Shown here piece by piece: positions 11,701 to 26,076 of a DNA stretch of 47,430 nucleotides; the first letter of the stretch is position 1, and each line of letters begins with the position of its first letter. The notes below the pieces were generated by a model. The model was not told where the DNA came from and searched no databases. It worked only from the letters and a program-made list of their open reading frames with translations. A program made the position numbers and the translations under genes. The stretch comes from Octopus bimaculoides (Eukaryota), in contig NC_068995.1 in the NCBI RefSeq assembly GCF_001194135.2, positions 32,987,623 through 33,035,052 of the forward strand, written 5' to 3'.

Positions 11701-14404
11701 CCACTCATTAATCCACAATACGTCATGTCTGCTTACTTCACTACACTTTATTGACAAATGAAATGTGTGCTATGCAGTCAAGAGCTGTCGACTGGATTTC
11801 TCTCATGTTTTTGCTTTTGTTTAGCTCTGATCCAGCAGATCTCTCCATCACATATCCCAGCCATGACAAAACAATCATTTTTTTCATGTTTATAACTACT
11901 TTGTGTGTTTTTATTAGTGTGTCCTCCCTTTTCCAAGATGCTAGGATGTTATTTGAGGGAGATTTGGCTACTATTTCTAACACATTGAATAATTTCATAG
12001 AAGAGAGTTTTTCTGTTTTTTATTAAACTACACACTGTTCAATTTTCCGTTCAAGTTAGTTTTCTGAAGCCCCCGCTACTCACCAATCGAAATTTGATCA
12101 GCTTTTATGTGTAAACTGTTCTTAATACTTCTGTGTAGTACTAGCAATGCTGCTAACAGTGATGGATTTTAAAGCATTAATGTATCGATAAGAGGTGACC
12201 TGCTGTTAGTATTGGTTTATACAAGTTATAACTACTATGATCTTGAAGTAGTCCATTCATTGATTAATAGTAGGAAAAGTTGCATCATGTTGTAATCATA
12301 TAATGTTTGCCTGTGGGGATGCTTCAAATGTGTTAAATATCATGTTATGGGAAATTATCACCAAATTTTCAAATCAAGTGTATATAAAGACATGTATATG
12401 TGGCTTACACATACACACACACACACACACACACAAATAAATGTGCCTGTCTATTTATTAGCAATTGAAGGAAGTGTTAGAAGGTTAGATGGATGGAAAT
12501 GAACAATAAAACATGAAAGAAAAATATGAAACAAGTTTAGTTCCAGGCCATTTGCATTAAATTGTTCCAGCAAACAGAAAAGCTGTGATATTGTTTCTTT
12601 CATTTTATCTGCTGTCTATAAACACCCCACTTCTCATTCTAAAGCAACATTTCCATTATTGCTGCTACTCCTCTTCTTATAGAATCAATATTCTAGCTAT
12701 TATTTGCCACTGCTGTTACAACTAAAGTATTTTTGTATTATATCATCGAATGTTTCACTCTGATGCATGCTGTAAAGTTAAGTTCGTAGTAACTTGAATC
12801 TATGACCTAATTTTACATTAGTTACATTACTAACTAAATAACAAAGTTATTAGCTAAATAATTACAGCTATTTTTTATTGTTAATGTTACTAATGTCATA
12901 CAGGAATGTATAAATGTTGTTAGTCCCCATTTCTGGCACTGCATGTGAAGTTAGTAGGACTTAAGAGTTCTATTATAGGTACACAATGGAATCATTGGTA
13001 TTCCACTGAATACCAATGATGACAAAAACTTTCAAGCAATTTACTACTTTTCATAAAAGGATAAATCATCACCAGCTCATCTTAGAAAGTGACAGATAAG
13101 GGTGTGCTTGTCAAATTTCAATCTTTGTATTTCGATATTTTGTCCAGAATACTATAGTTTCTGAATAGATTTTGCTTCTGCAAAAGTTCTATTTTTACCA
13201 TTATATTGAGAAATAAGACGGATTTTTATAAGAGGGAAATACAGTGGATTCAATTTACTTTGGCATTCAAGCTAAGAAGCATATATGTGGTCACTTGATC
13301 AGCTAGAAATAACAACCAAATTTCTCTCAAATGACATGTTACTATCCTATCTTGAAAAATTATTAAATAATGAAGCCTTTGACAACTCTTAAAAAGTCAG
13401 GGCCATCACAATGCTTTTTGTCAAAAATCAGTTCAGTCAATTTGACCCGGAGTTAAATAATAGCAAGTAAATATTTTATTAAGATGAGTTGAAAAATAAT
13501 GTCAACCCAAGTGGGGGTTTCAATTCAATGTGCAGAGGGACAAAACTAAGTACTTAACCACTTTTGCTCACTCTCTAACCATTGTATAATTGTTATCCAA
13601 GAACACCTACTATTGGGTGATACATAAATGGAAAATGATTGCTGGATAGAAGAATGGGAACAGAAATAATTTAAAGAAGCCAAAGACTTTAAGAATGGGC
13701 TTAAAATATTGTAAAGAACTTAATAAATCTAAAACTATTGATTGAAAACTGGATCTGAGATAGCTAGAGGTAATGGGATATAAGCTGCATGGTGTGTACA
13801 GTTGTGAGTCTGTGTGCTTGTGTGTGTGTGTGTGTATACATGTATATCGTGAGTGTGTGTATGTGTGCATGTGCAGTTGTATGTGCACATTTGTGTGTGT
13901 AAAGACTGGGGAGGGAGTGAAATGGGAAACAAGTAGAACAGAGACAGGCAAAGAATTTTCAGCAATGTTTTAACTGATAAACAGTTTATTTCTAAAGTAA
14001 TGATTGAACTGTTTTAGTATGGCATAGGATGGGTGTAGAACAAAAACACAGAGATTCTAACATACATTGGTATAAGAAACTGTTGAAGATGTCACAGGAA
14101 GACAAAACCCCTTGGAGATCTTGCTAATTTCAGGATCTCTTGGATCAGTGTTTCTCAACCATTTTTCACTTATGGACCCCTTTACTCCTTTGGCCCTATT
14201 TTACTTGGATGGACCCTTCTAGCTATTTGATGTTTAAAAAAATTATATTGTATTTTTAGACTGTGCTAAATTGCAGCCTACCGGTGAACGAGCAAAGTAC
14301 ATACCTTGTGTATGTGTGTCCAGTAATATACATACATACATGTGTGTATAGATATATATGTGTGTGTGTGTGTATGTATACATATATATATGTATATATA
14401 TATC

Positions 14405-14705
14405 AAAAATGGGGAAGGCCGGTTTATGGAATTACCTTAGGTTTCCTATTCATAAAGGGTTTAGCTTTATGGCATATAGTCAGATCCCAAAAACCTATTG
14501 GCCCATGACCTCTTAAAAATATGGAGGGGGAAATGTCTCACTACTCTAAAAGATAAAACCTTTGAGTAGTAGGGCATTTCCCCCTCCATAATTTTAAGAG
14601 GTCATGGGCCAACAGGTTTTTGGGATCTGACGATACGCCATAAAGCGAAACCCTTTATGGATGGGAAACCTAAGGTAATCTCATAAACTGGCCTTCCCCA
14701 TTTTT
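14405..14705. repeat. 301-bp palindromic (fold-back, MITE-like) element
   Basis: Arms 14405-14552 and 14560-14705, about 90% complementary (about 13 substitutions and one 2-nt indel by eye), 7-nt loop. Confidence 0.92.
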
Positions 14706-15104
14706 ACTATATACTGCTCTACATCTAAGAGTGTGCCTCTTATGTTGGATTTGTTTTTTGCAAACAATATATATTTGTATGTATGTATCCAAAGTTTTAA
14801 ATTTAAAAGAGAGATTTGATGCTAATATCCATTATTAATGTAATTTATTCCTATGTCAACATTTCTGTATAAAGCTATATTTGACCGTCAAATTTAAGTC
14901 AAACATATAAGTTGCCTTACATGTCTTCAGGGAATACATTTGAGAACAAACAAAAGTCAAAAATAGGAGATCAATACCGCATTTCTAGGTTTGTTCCATA
15001 TTTAAATTTGTCGTGAAATCTCCTGCTATATTGGTAACGATTACATAGTTCTCTATGAAAAATTATATGTATGTATGTATGTGTATGTATGTATATGTAT
15101 ATAT

Positions 15105-16300
15105 CATCATCATCGTTTAACGTCCACTTTCCATGCTAGCATGGGTTGGACGATTTGACTGAGGACTGGTGAACCAGATGGCTACACCAGGCTCCAATCT
15201 GTTTTGGCAGAGTTTCTACAGCTGGATGCCTTTCCTAACGCCAACCACTCATACACGCACACACACATCACTCCATGCTTGAGTAGGTTGGACTGTTTGA
15301 CACGACTCTGTGAGGTCAGAAGTCTGTATCATGTTTCAGATCTGTTTTGACATAATTTCTACAGCTGATACTCTTCTTAGTACCAACCACTTTACAAAGT
15401 GTATTGGGTATTTTATTTGTGGCACTGACAATGTAGTCTCCCCACTCATTGGGTCCTGTATAACTATTTGATCCCATGCCAGCATGGAAGAAAGATATAA
15501 ATGGTGATGACACACACATTCATAAATGCTCTTTCACTATACCTGTACACTGTATACACACACACACTTACATATATACACTTTATATTTTAATCATATA
15601 TACATATATGTGTAAATATTGAAGTTCAATCTTAAAACACTGAGTCTTACAAAGGAGATGACAGGGGACTGAGATATGTGGCACATTGTTGTACTCAAGG
15701 AGACCTGCCCACCACAATAGAATTGAGATCCTATAACCAAGGTGCCAGATAAAATCCTTGGTGTGGGTGTTGGTGCCATGTTAAACGCACTGGTGCTGGT
15801 GCCACAGAAAAAGCACTCAGTACACTCTGTAAAGTGGTTGGTGTTAGGAAGGACATCCAGCAGCAGAAACCATGTTAGTATATAAGGGGCCCATCCCCTC
15901 AAGTCTGAGAATTTTTTATTCACTCTTGGAAGAATGCATTAATTATTTCAGCCTGACTGTGTTTGTAGACTGTTGAAAAGAATACTTTTAACAAAAAAAA
16001 ACAAAAAACAAAAAAAAAATTATAGCATTGTAGTTGCGGGTGGGTCCCCTTAGTCTCCTGGCAACCAATATTTTTAGTCCTAGTCCGCCACTGCATATAT
16101 ATATATATATATCTGTGCTGGTGACAGGTAAAAAGCACCCATGCTGGAGACATGTAGAAGACATCCAGTACACTCTATGGAGTGGTTGGCATTAGGAAGG
16201 GCATCCAGCTGAAGAAACCAAACCAAAACAGACTGGAGTCTGGTGTAGCCCTCTGGCTTACCAGACACCAGTATGGTAAAAGGATGCTAAATGATGATAA
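15105..16300. mobile_element. Cluster of RTE-tail (family B) fragments in both orientations
   Basis: Tail motifs on minus at 15105-15250 and 15260-15430, on plus at 15640-15880 and 16120-16300. Confidence 0.7.
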
Positions 16301-16311
16301 TGAATATATAC

Positions 16312-16356
<45 letters not shown>

Positions 16357-16751
16357 GTTTGCATAGGTCAGATGGAATTTGTAGAGGCAGATCTTCTATG
16401 CCTGGATGCCCTTCCTGTTGCTAAGTAAGATATTTCCTTATGACTAGGCATCTTTTAACAGGCTATTGGGAAAAAAGGACATCATTTGCATGATGGTGGC
16501 ATTCATTTACAACTGTCAGGGAGACAGTAGGATACACAGATACACACACCCAATAGGCTTCTTTCAGATTCTATTTACCAAATCCATTCACAAGGCTTTG
16601 GTTGGCCAAGGGCTATAGTAGAAGACACCTAAAATTCCACACAACTGTGCCTGCAACTTATATGTGTGTGTGTGTGTGTGCTTGTATAAATACATATATA
16701 TAGGCAAGCTTGTGACAGGATTTGAGCAAGTAATTGAAAGAAGTCCATTGT

Positions 16752-16790
<39 letters not shown>

Positions 16791-17249
16791 ATGTTTGCAT
16801 GTATGTATGCCCAAGGCAGCATGTTCTTTTCATTTTGTCATTCAGAAAAAGGGACATGTTAGAATAACGAACAAAATTCTTCTATTTTGAAGTTTCATAG
16901 GATCAGATTCCCTTGAAATTTATTTCTTGCTCAAAGACTAATGTCTACAAGTCAAATATTTTATCATGACAATGTGTAGTTTAGTCTGGAAACAAAGAAC
17001 GGACATAGAAGCAGAGTTATTTTGGTATGTAGATGAATATTCAGCTAAAAATTTGATATAGACAGTAGCAGCTAAGTTTTACTAAAGCTACTTCAAGATT
17101 TTAACTGATTTATGCTTTTGGAAAGATTTCAAACTTCAAGCAGGAGTTAAATTGGAGCTGTTATGTAAGTATACACAGAGGAAATCACAATGATGGTTGC
17201 ACTGGAAACCCCTATCTTGCTTGGCATGTCAGTTTCCTGGAAACTTTTC

Positions 17250-17640
17250 AGAATCAGCTCAGAATATCCACCGTTAGGCATCTACTATACTCTGAACATC
17301 TTGCTTCTCTGGGCATGGACACATTAAAGCTCCAACATCTGGCAACTGACTTAGTAGACACCCACAAGACTCTTATCAGCTTTCCAACAACAACAACCTT
17401 GTGCACCATTTTGAATTCCATATGTCTAACACTTGTGGACATGCTTACAAAATCGAAAAACAACACAGTACCCCTGACTTTTAGAAACACTTTTTTGTGT
17501 TCAGAATTGCTGTAGTATGGAATAAACTACCAGCATCAGTTGTTGGCTGTCAGGACACTATACATCTTTCAAAACTTCCATGCTTCCTGATATTTACCAA
17601 CACCTCTCATCTCTACATTTTTTTTTTAAAGACTTATTCA
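17250..17640 (+). mobile_element. CR1/L2-type LINE 3' end
   Basis: YSEHLASLGMDTLKLQHLATDLVDTHK and AVVWNKLPASVV match the CR1 ORF2 C-terminal pattern (Y..RL..L.L..LE.RR...DL; W N.LP..VV). Confidence 0.7.
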
Positions 17641-18052
17641 CTATTCACTATGTACTCTGTACTCTTCATGCAGTTTAGATATTTTTTTTATGAGTTGTAG
17701 TGCACCTCAACACTGTATACAATAAGTTCATCATTGTTTATAAATGTTGGAGTTGGAACGTTACTAACTAAAAAGTTATGAGTCCCTATTCTGTTACTGT
17801 GTGTTAGTAGTAGTAGCTAAGATCAGTGAACTCCATAGCCTAGTCTATCAAACTACAAACGGACATGACAACATAGCAACAATTCATTGCTGTAAGCAAC
17901 TAACCTGTGCTTTTGTTTGCTTGTAACACTGAAGCTCAATACTCTTCTAGAGAATATAATTTGTAGAGTAAGGAAGTGGGGGGGGGGGAGAAAAGAATCC
18001 TGCCAGAATGATGTGATACACAAATGATAATGTGCACATTTGAATATCTTTT

Positions 18053-18440
18053 ATCTTTTACTTGTTTCAGTCGTTAGACTACAGCCATGCCTCGAAGAAT
18101 CCAAGTACTTGATTTTTTCGTATTTTTTAAGCCTGGTACTTATTCTATCAGTGTCTTTTGCTGAACTGCTAAGTTACAGGGACATGAACACACCAACACT
18201 GGTTGTCAAGTGGTGGTGGGGGGAAAAACACAGACACAAAGACCACACACATAGATATATATATGTACATATATAAGATGGGCTTCTTTCAGTTTCTGTC
18301 CACCAAACTCACTCACAAGGCTTTGGTTGGCCCAAGACTATACTGGAAGACACTTGACCAAGGTGCCATGCAGTAAGACTGATCCCAGAACCATGTGGTT
18401 GAGAAGCAAGCTTCTTACCACACAGCCATGCCTGTGCCTA
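18053..18440 (-). mobile_element. tRNA-derived SINE (family A), near full length
   Basis: Reverse complement of the 31727-32128 copy, with tRNA-like head at the 18440 end. Confidence 0.75.
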
Positions 18441-18825
18441 TCTGTATATTAATAAAATATTTTCCCAATTAGTGTCTTCTCATGCTCTCACCTTTGTTTT
18501 TAAATATGATGAGTTAGTTTGGCAAACTACATTATTTGGACTGACCAAATTTCAGTCACTTATCGGTATATGATAACCTAATGGTTATCATATTAGCTAG
18601 TAATTATAAACTCTCTTAAAGAATTTAGTTTTACCTCATTTTCTTCTGAACATACATCCTGCTGGAGACAAAAACCCTTTTCAGGATTCCAATAAAATCT
18701 TTACCTTAACACTCCTCAGTTGATTCAATTATTGTCCTTCTCCTAGGAAAAAAGGCGATAAAGTGTACAGACATATGTGAAATCAACAATAATTAAATAA
18801 AGACAATATAGTAGCAATATAACAA

Positions 18826-18831
18826 TTTATT
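18826..18831 (-). terminator. Candidate distal poly(A) signal of KHDC4 (AATAAA)
   Basis: TTTATT on plus, with U-rich sequence downstream on minus. It marks the edge of a ~3.7-kb stretch lacking SINE/LINE copies that begins at the stop codon. Other AATAAA copies exist in the stretch. Confidence 0.4.
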
Positions 18832-19452
18832 TAAGGATGTGAAGGACACAATATGACAAATAAATTCTAAACACCAGCAAATATATACAAATATGAAAGA
18901 GAATGTTTTACAATTTTCACAATATAGCCCACTTCAGTATAACCAAGAAAAGGGCAGGAGAGAGATCACAAACTGTGTCCCAAGTTTTGTTCTTCTCTGC
19001 AGGACTGGAACCATTTGTCTTGGCACTTGTAGTACCATTGAGACTTTGTCAAGTTTCAGAGCTATTTATTATTATTATTATTATTGTTATTATATTGCTG
19101 CACATTGTAAGGGAGAGTAATGAACCTCATCACTTCCCTTTCGCGCCTTCATTCAGTTTATTCTCTCTTTCTCTTTTCAATCTTTCTGCATTCAGAAAAT
19201 TCAACTCCCTTCTAATCATTAAAATACTATTTAGGGGGTAAAATTACAAGAAATACATTAATAGAAAAGGCTTTTTTTATCCCCCATTATCTGTTGAGGA
19301 TGGGGAAAAGAGAGAGAGAAAGAGAGAGAATCTTCAAAGCTATCACTGACAAAGCCTCAATTCAGTCCTCTTCAAAGAGACCAAATCACTTTTATTTAGT
19401 TAGCAAATAGCAACTAACAAACAGGCACACACATGAATTATTATTATTATTA

Positions 19453-19487
<35 letters not shown>

Positions 19488-22400
19488 CATTATAAACAGC
19501 TCTATGAATCATCAATCCTCTGAAATGGAGAAAAATAATTTGTATTTATAATATATTTACAGGAATTCTCAGTAAATAATGAGCACCATGATATGTAGTG
19601 CAGACAATGCATACATTTTAAGAAATGGGGAGTGTAGCAGGTTAGGGAGGAAGATCAGCGGATAAATACTTCTTATAGACATCCTAGTTTAAGGCATCAT
19701 TTCAAACAGCAAAGTTACTGATTGTACAGCTTTTGCTTTCAAAGGATGGAAATGAGAGAAAAATCAAGCAGGTGGAGGGACAATTTGAAAAAGAGCTTGT
19801 TCAAACTATTCATCAAAATAATTAGAGAGAGAGAGAGGGGAGAGAGAGAGAGAGAGAGAGAGAAGTTAAAAAAAAACAAACACAAAAACTGTACTCCTCT
19901 GCTGCACACCCCACAAAACACTACATTATAGGAAAGTTTGTGTGTTCTGAAAGATTGTTCTGGCAACAAGCTAGTTGTAAGGTGTTATCTCCAATAATGA
20001 CAATCTGACATTATCCAACACAGGAAAATACAAAACAGGAATTACAGAAGCATGTGCAATTGGAAATGAAGAGATAGGGAGATGTAGTTGAACCAGTGAA
20101 ATTAGTTAAGAAAATGTTGGTTTCTCAAGTCCAAGTTCTAAAATTAATCACTGCTGGTAGACAGCATTCAAAAATATATATTTTGTTACAATTCCCCATT
20201 CCCAGACACAGAACCCCACATATTAATAAGGTTAATATATATATATATATATAATTTTTTTTTCATGTTTTTCTTTTTTTTTCTAAGAAAAATATTTTGA
20301 ATAATATTGGAAAAAGAAAATGTGCAGGAATTTAAATAAATAAATATTTGTATGTGCCAAGTGAATGTAATCAATCATTACAGATAAAATAGATCAGTTA
20401 TATAAAAAAATGATTCTATGTTTCTACAATAAAAGGGAGACTTTCAAGAATGTAAGATGAAACAAATTGATATAGAGTGAAATCAATCTACAATAAAGAA
20501 TTCTTATTATATGTAAATCGAGTCATTACATAAAGTAATAATAATCTAGTCATTACATAAAGTAATATTATTTCTAGGAAACAATTATAAATTCAGTTTG
20601 CAGAAAAATTATGTCTACATTGATGAAAAAAAAAACCTTAATAACAAAAAATTTAATCATTCTGAGTTTAAAACATGAATGATTTAAATCTAAGCAGCAA
20701 GTTGAAGGCACAAATAAATTTGAAAATAATTTAATTAAAAAGCAATGCATACATTTTTCTTCTGTTGCAAATGCAAAAGTATTAAATATGACCCTTTCTT
20801 TCTGACTCACAATCTTTCACATTTTGTAGAGAGGGATCTGATACAATATTAATAAGACAAGAATTTCTAACTATGCATTGGCTAAAAACAACTGTAAAGA
20901 AAAAAAAAACAAATATAGAGATATATGGAAGACTTTCCCCCTCTCATCTAATAATTTTTGCCATTGTTAAACTATTTCAAGACCAGAATGGCTGGTGCCA
21001 CTAAAATGTCCATTTAGAATAAAAGTAATTTGAAAATAACCACAACAATATCTATTTTTGTATGTACTTTCATTGCAGGGTCTCCAAGCAACTGTGGTCT
21101 TGAAAAGTTTAAAATACTAAGGCTAAAATGATCAAGCAACATTTTCATTACATTTAACAGAGGAACTTGTACATGAGAAGAAGAAATAAATTGAATCAAT
21201 TTAATCAAAATATTCTGAATTTTCAATTAGAATCACAAATCCAAAATCCCACCCCCTGAATGGATGAAATATCAAGTATATAAAGAATGTGAACCTTTTG
21301 AAATTAATGTAATTCAACTGGCTTGCATTTATCACAGGAAGAATCTAAGTTGTTATTTTAAAAAACCACTCTTATAGGTACACAAGAAAATTATTCACAA
21401 ACACTCAATATAATTCTATCATTTTAAAACCAGGAAAAGTCCATATTAGCAGAGAGTGAAAAAGTGATTTATTTCGCCAGAACTAAGGCAAACTTTAAGG
21501 TTTGAATTGCAACTCTATGGAGTTCCCCCAAAAAGTAATAATGGGGAAGAAAAGGATTTTATTATGACAGCCCCCATACAATGTATTCAACTAAGAACAA
21601 TTGTTATGGCAATGAAACAGCAATCAATGTTTCCAGTTCGAAGTCTGAATCTCAAAAGCAACCTTTGCCTCCTTAATTAAATATGCAATTAAAGTTAATG
21701 ACTGAAAACACTGTTTTAAGGTAACTAAAATACAATTGATGCCATAAATTGTTGAAGACTTGTAAAACACAGCCCAACTTACAATGAATTAGTAAGAAAA
21801 AAAACCCAAAAAACAATTGATTAAAAGTGAATAAAAAAAATTTTTTTAAATGTATCACTGAATTTTGGCTTGTCATAACACATTGAAAGAGGACAAATAA
21901 TGCAATTCAAATCAACAATAGATAAATCATGTACTCTGTATTTGCTAATGAGTTAATAATAGCTGTATAAATAAATCTTCAAATTCCAGAAGCTTTTGGA
22001 GAATTAAAGGTAAAAATGAAAATAAAAATACCTGTCTTAACACGGGATTGGGGGAGGGAGGGGGAGAAAAATAAAATAAAATCACGAATTATCTGTCATT
22101 ATATGTATAATGTCTATGACAATGTTTTGAGTGTATAAGTATGTGCATATGTAAGTGTGCACACGTGTATGTGAGAGGAGAGGGACAAAAATAACCCAAC
22201 AAAGTAGCTAGCCCTGCAATGCTTGATTCACAAAATGTACTCGACATACACTGCAATACATGATGAAGTGAAATGGAGGAAAAACATTGAGACCAGTGAT
22301 GACAAAGTTAATGCTATTTTGATGATTGACAAAATAAAGTTTTTGTCCCTTTTCTGGACAGTTTCTCCCCTATCTGAATTGTTTTCTTACAGTCACGAGA

Positions 22401-22527
22401 AGAATAAAGTGGGAGAGAAAGGAACAATGATATATTTTGTTCATCAACAACAAAGTGAAAACATTCACAGACAGCAAATTGTTACAATGAAAAAAAATGA
22501 TAAGTTTAAAAAAAAAAAAACCACTGT

Positions 22528-22700
22528 TCAGGCAGGAGACATCCAAAAGGACATGCCAGGTGGTGGAGGTGGTTGGAATGGAGGAGCTTGGTTGCTTGGT
22601 TGTCCTGAAAACTGCTGCGAAGGGGGTGGTTGGTTAGCAAACTGTTGAAGATAGCCTTGATTAGTAGCGACAGCTGAAGTGTGTCCATTAAATTGAGGGG

Positions 22701-22731
<31 letters not shown>

Positions 22732-23198
22732 CTGTTGTTGCTGAGGGATATAGGCTGGAGATGTTTGCAACCCAGTTGTAGATGTAGCAAAAGTTGACTG
22801 GCTGAGGGGTCGCGGTACACCAAACTGAGAAGCTTGTGTAGACAAAATTTGTTCATATGAGTTCCTATGGCTGTTCTGTTGTGGTTGCGTTGTGGACTGT
22901 TTACTAGCAAAGTTTGTTGGACTAGAGCATGGTTGATAAGGTGTACCATTGTTAGGGTCCGGAGGAGAATACTGTCCATGCTGCAATGGCTGTTGCTGTT
23001 GGGATGATGTTGACACTTGCCCTGGCAAGTATTGATCATAATGGTTGGCAGGCAAAGATGGAGGTGGGGGACTGGGTTGCCCTTGATGAACATAGGCAGC
23101 ATTTGTAGAACTTGACTGGCTGTAAGGGACAGTTCTCTGTTGCTGTTGTTGTCGACTTGGAGAACTAGAATCATCTTCTTCATCATCAGATCCATATA
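22528..23198 (-). CDS. KHDC4: KHDC4 last coding exon (P/Q-rich, Q14 tract)
   Basis: Acceptor ATATTGACAG, phase 1. (V)YGSDDEEDD...PPPPPGMSFWMSPA* matches the human KHDC4 landmarks AYAADSSDEEE and terminal MPFWMAP. TGA at 22528-22530. Confidence 0.92.
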
Positions 23199-24587
23199 CT
23201 GTCAATATAAATAAGATATGAACAAGTTTAAGGCATAGGTGGACAAGATAATCTTCAACTATTTCACACTGACAAAGTTCTACAAAATTCTCTTGTCTTT
23301 TATGAATCATAAACTTTCTTAACCCAATCTTGATTACATCAATCCAACTACATTCACAGTATTTTTCAAATCAACACATGGCGGAAAAGATTTAAAAAAT
23401 GAGAATTTTAAAAACTTATTAAAGGATATTAAACTAACTCTTTTTAAAAATCAGTTTTCATTGTAGTGTTGAGACTAAGTTAATAATAAAGCTTCAAACA
23501 ATTTCACCCAACAGAAATGAAGCTACACTGGGTGAGAAGATTGATGTAGTATAACTAACAGGCAATGTTACATGCCAAAAAAAACAAAATATACAACTTA
23601 AGCAATGGTAATTATTTAGAGGATATACTGCAGGCAATACAATTCTCCTTCAATAATTATTTCACTGAAAAATCTATTCAAAGGGTAAAAGTTAATGAAA
23701 AAACTATAACAACTAAAACTGAATAAGCCTAATAGCTATTTGTGTATCAAAAAACATTTATTATGTAACTAAGATGAGGTGGTTTGCAAGATTCTTAATA
23801 TCAACTTGTGCATCTTGGGGGGGTCATTACATCAATAATAAATACACACACTGGTTCAATTTCACTTCTTTATTATTTGTCATTTGGATAACTGTTTAAC
23901 TAACAAACTAATCAATGGTTTGATTAATCATTCAGTTAATCAATCAATCAGTTATGTTTGTCAAAATCTTTTAGTCATCATTCACGATCTCATCTATGAC
24001 AGGCTCTCCTTACTGTAAAATTCCCTCATTGACGCTTCATATACCAGTAATTTAAGAAGCCATATTTTGCTTTTGTAACATTTTAGCTCAGAATTTCAGA
24101 GAATGAAAACAAATAGAGAAAAATAGCAATGAAAGAATCTTGATGAATAAAAATCAAAACAAACAACTAACTGTTTAACTGACAAGTTAAACATGCTTGT
24201 TTAGTTGGATAGATACTTAACCAACTGACTAATAATAAAGGAATGGAATTGAACCAGTGTGTGTTATTAATATTGGTGTAATGACTCTCGTAAGACACAA
24301 CAGAATTTGTTTCCACACACAAATCTTGCAAACCCATTACAAAAATAAAATATTATTTCTTTTACCCTTTTACACATGGGTTATACTGTATGAATTGCTG
24401 AAACAACTATTTTACGTCAATTAATCTCCTTCACATTCAACTGTAATATAGAAGCAGAAGTTAGCAATACAATGCTTCATAAAAGTCTTTACATTTAAAA
24501 CTTTCCTACAGGTAATTTTATATTTTAGTCACCCAGCCAGTGCTTTGGCTCTAATAAACAGACTGTAATTAAAATAATATATATTAC

Positions 24588-24674
24588 CGGCTACACTGCC
24601 AAGAGCGCCTTTGATTTTTTTACGTTGTTCCTGTGTCTCAGTACCTCCTTGAAGCTGCGCCGTACGTTTGCTTC
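24588..24674 (-). CDS. KHDC4: KHDC4 exon (87 nt, phase 1-1)
   Basis: Acceptor CACTTTTCAG, donor GTAATA. (G)SKRTAQLQGGTETQEQRKKIKGALGSVA joins both neighbours in frame; basic KKIK matches the KKMK position in the human protein. Confidence 0.85.
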
Positions 24675-25069
24675 CTGAAAAGTGACAATAATTATTTGTG
24701 AAAAAATTTAATCACTAACAGAGGTTTTGATATCTTCATATTAAACAATTATGTAGAGAATGCTAGAGAAATAACAGATGAATTATCAGCTTAATGAAAT
24801 AAATGAAGAAAATTACAAAGAAGATTCAGATACTTTGAGATGCATATATATGTGTATGTATGTATATATATATCTCAAAGTAAGGATTAAAATATTAAGT
24901 TTAGAATTAAAATATTACATATCTAATACAAAAATCACTAGAATTTCAGATTACGTAATTTGCATGAAAACAAAAGCACAAAGAAAATTATTAATTTAAA
25001 GTATATAGATACAGAAATATACAGATATATAAATATATATGTATGTATAAACAATGACACCCATATGAT

Positions 25070-25102
25070 ATTATATATATATATATATACATATAAACAT
25101 GC

Positions 25103-25137
<35 letters not shown>

Positions 25138-25193
25138 TATATAACATATACACACACACATACATATATGTATATGTGTATATAATATATACA

Positions 25194-25244
<51 letters not shown>

Positions 25245-25300
25245 NNNNNNNNNNNNNNNNNNNNNNNNNNNNNNNNNNNNNNNNNNNNNNNNNNNNNNNN

Positions 25301-25382
<82 letters not shown>

Positions 25383-25400
25383 TCAAACATATACATACAT
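25070..25400. repeat. (TA)n/(CA)n microsatellite array with N gap
   Basis: Directly visible dinucleotide runs. Similar runs occur at 26020-26070, 40280-40340, 42070-42140 and (TG)n at 45917-45978. Confidence 0.95.
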
Positions 25401-26008
25401 ACACATACATATACATATATATAATCTGTTTTGAAACATTCACCACTTTCTAATTTTTCTAATCTATTATCTCATTTGTGTAAGAAGGCCAAAAACATTA
25501 TACAGTCAGCTAAGATAAAATGGACAGAATGTTTAATAAATTTCAGTTACAACCCTCCCCATCATTGTCATTACTCAATATTAAAAACCAAAAGCCAGAA
25601 AGGGAGTAATAGGGAATGGGAAATTAAGGGAGTAGTGGCTAATACAGAGGAGATGATTTTAGGTATAAGCAAACAAATGTATAAGTATAAATGTAATGTA
25701 AAATATGGTGAATGGAGCTAATGTTGATAATGATTGCAATATTGGGAGAGAGAGAGAGAGAGAGAGAGAAAGTGTGTGTGTATGCATGTGCATGCATATG
25801 TATGTATGGGCATCCAGCCGTAGAATCCATGCCAAGTCAGACTGAAACCTGGTGCAGTTCTCTGGCTTATCAGCTCCAGTCAAACCGTCTAACCCATGCC
25901 AGAATGAAGAGTAGGTGTTAAATGATAATGATGATATTTTTAATTAATATTCAGCAGAAGTAAATGTGTTATTCAAGGTCTGAGAGTTTCATGCATTCGC
26001 ACATATCA

Positions 26009-26074
<66 letters not shown>

Positions 26075-26076
<2 letters not shown>

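Noticed and set aside
22506-23310. Overlapping ORFs 22506-23195 (-) and 22223-22648 (+), and the first ~37 aa of ORF 22528-23310
   Set aside because: Shadow frames of the KHDC4 last exon. The N-terminal part of the 260-aa ORF is intron upstream of the AG at 23199-23200.
24938-25453. [13 protein letters not shown] ORFs here and at 9619-10105, 13610-13973, 40114-40427 and 41991-42268
   Set aside because: Translations of dinucleotide microsatellites.
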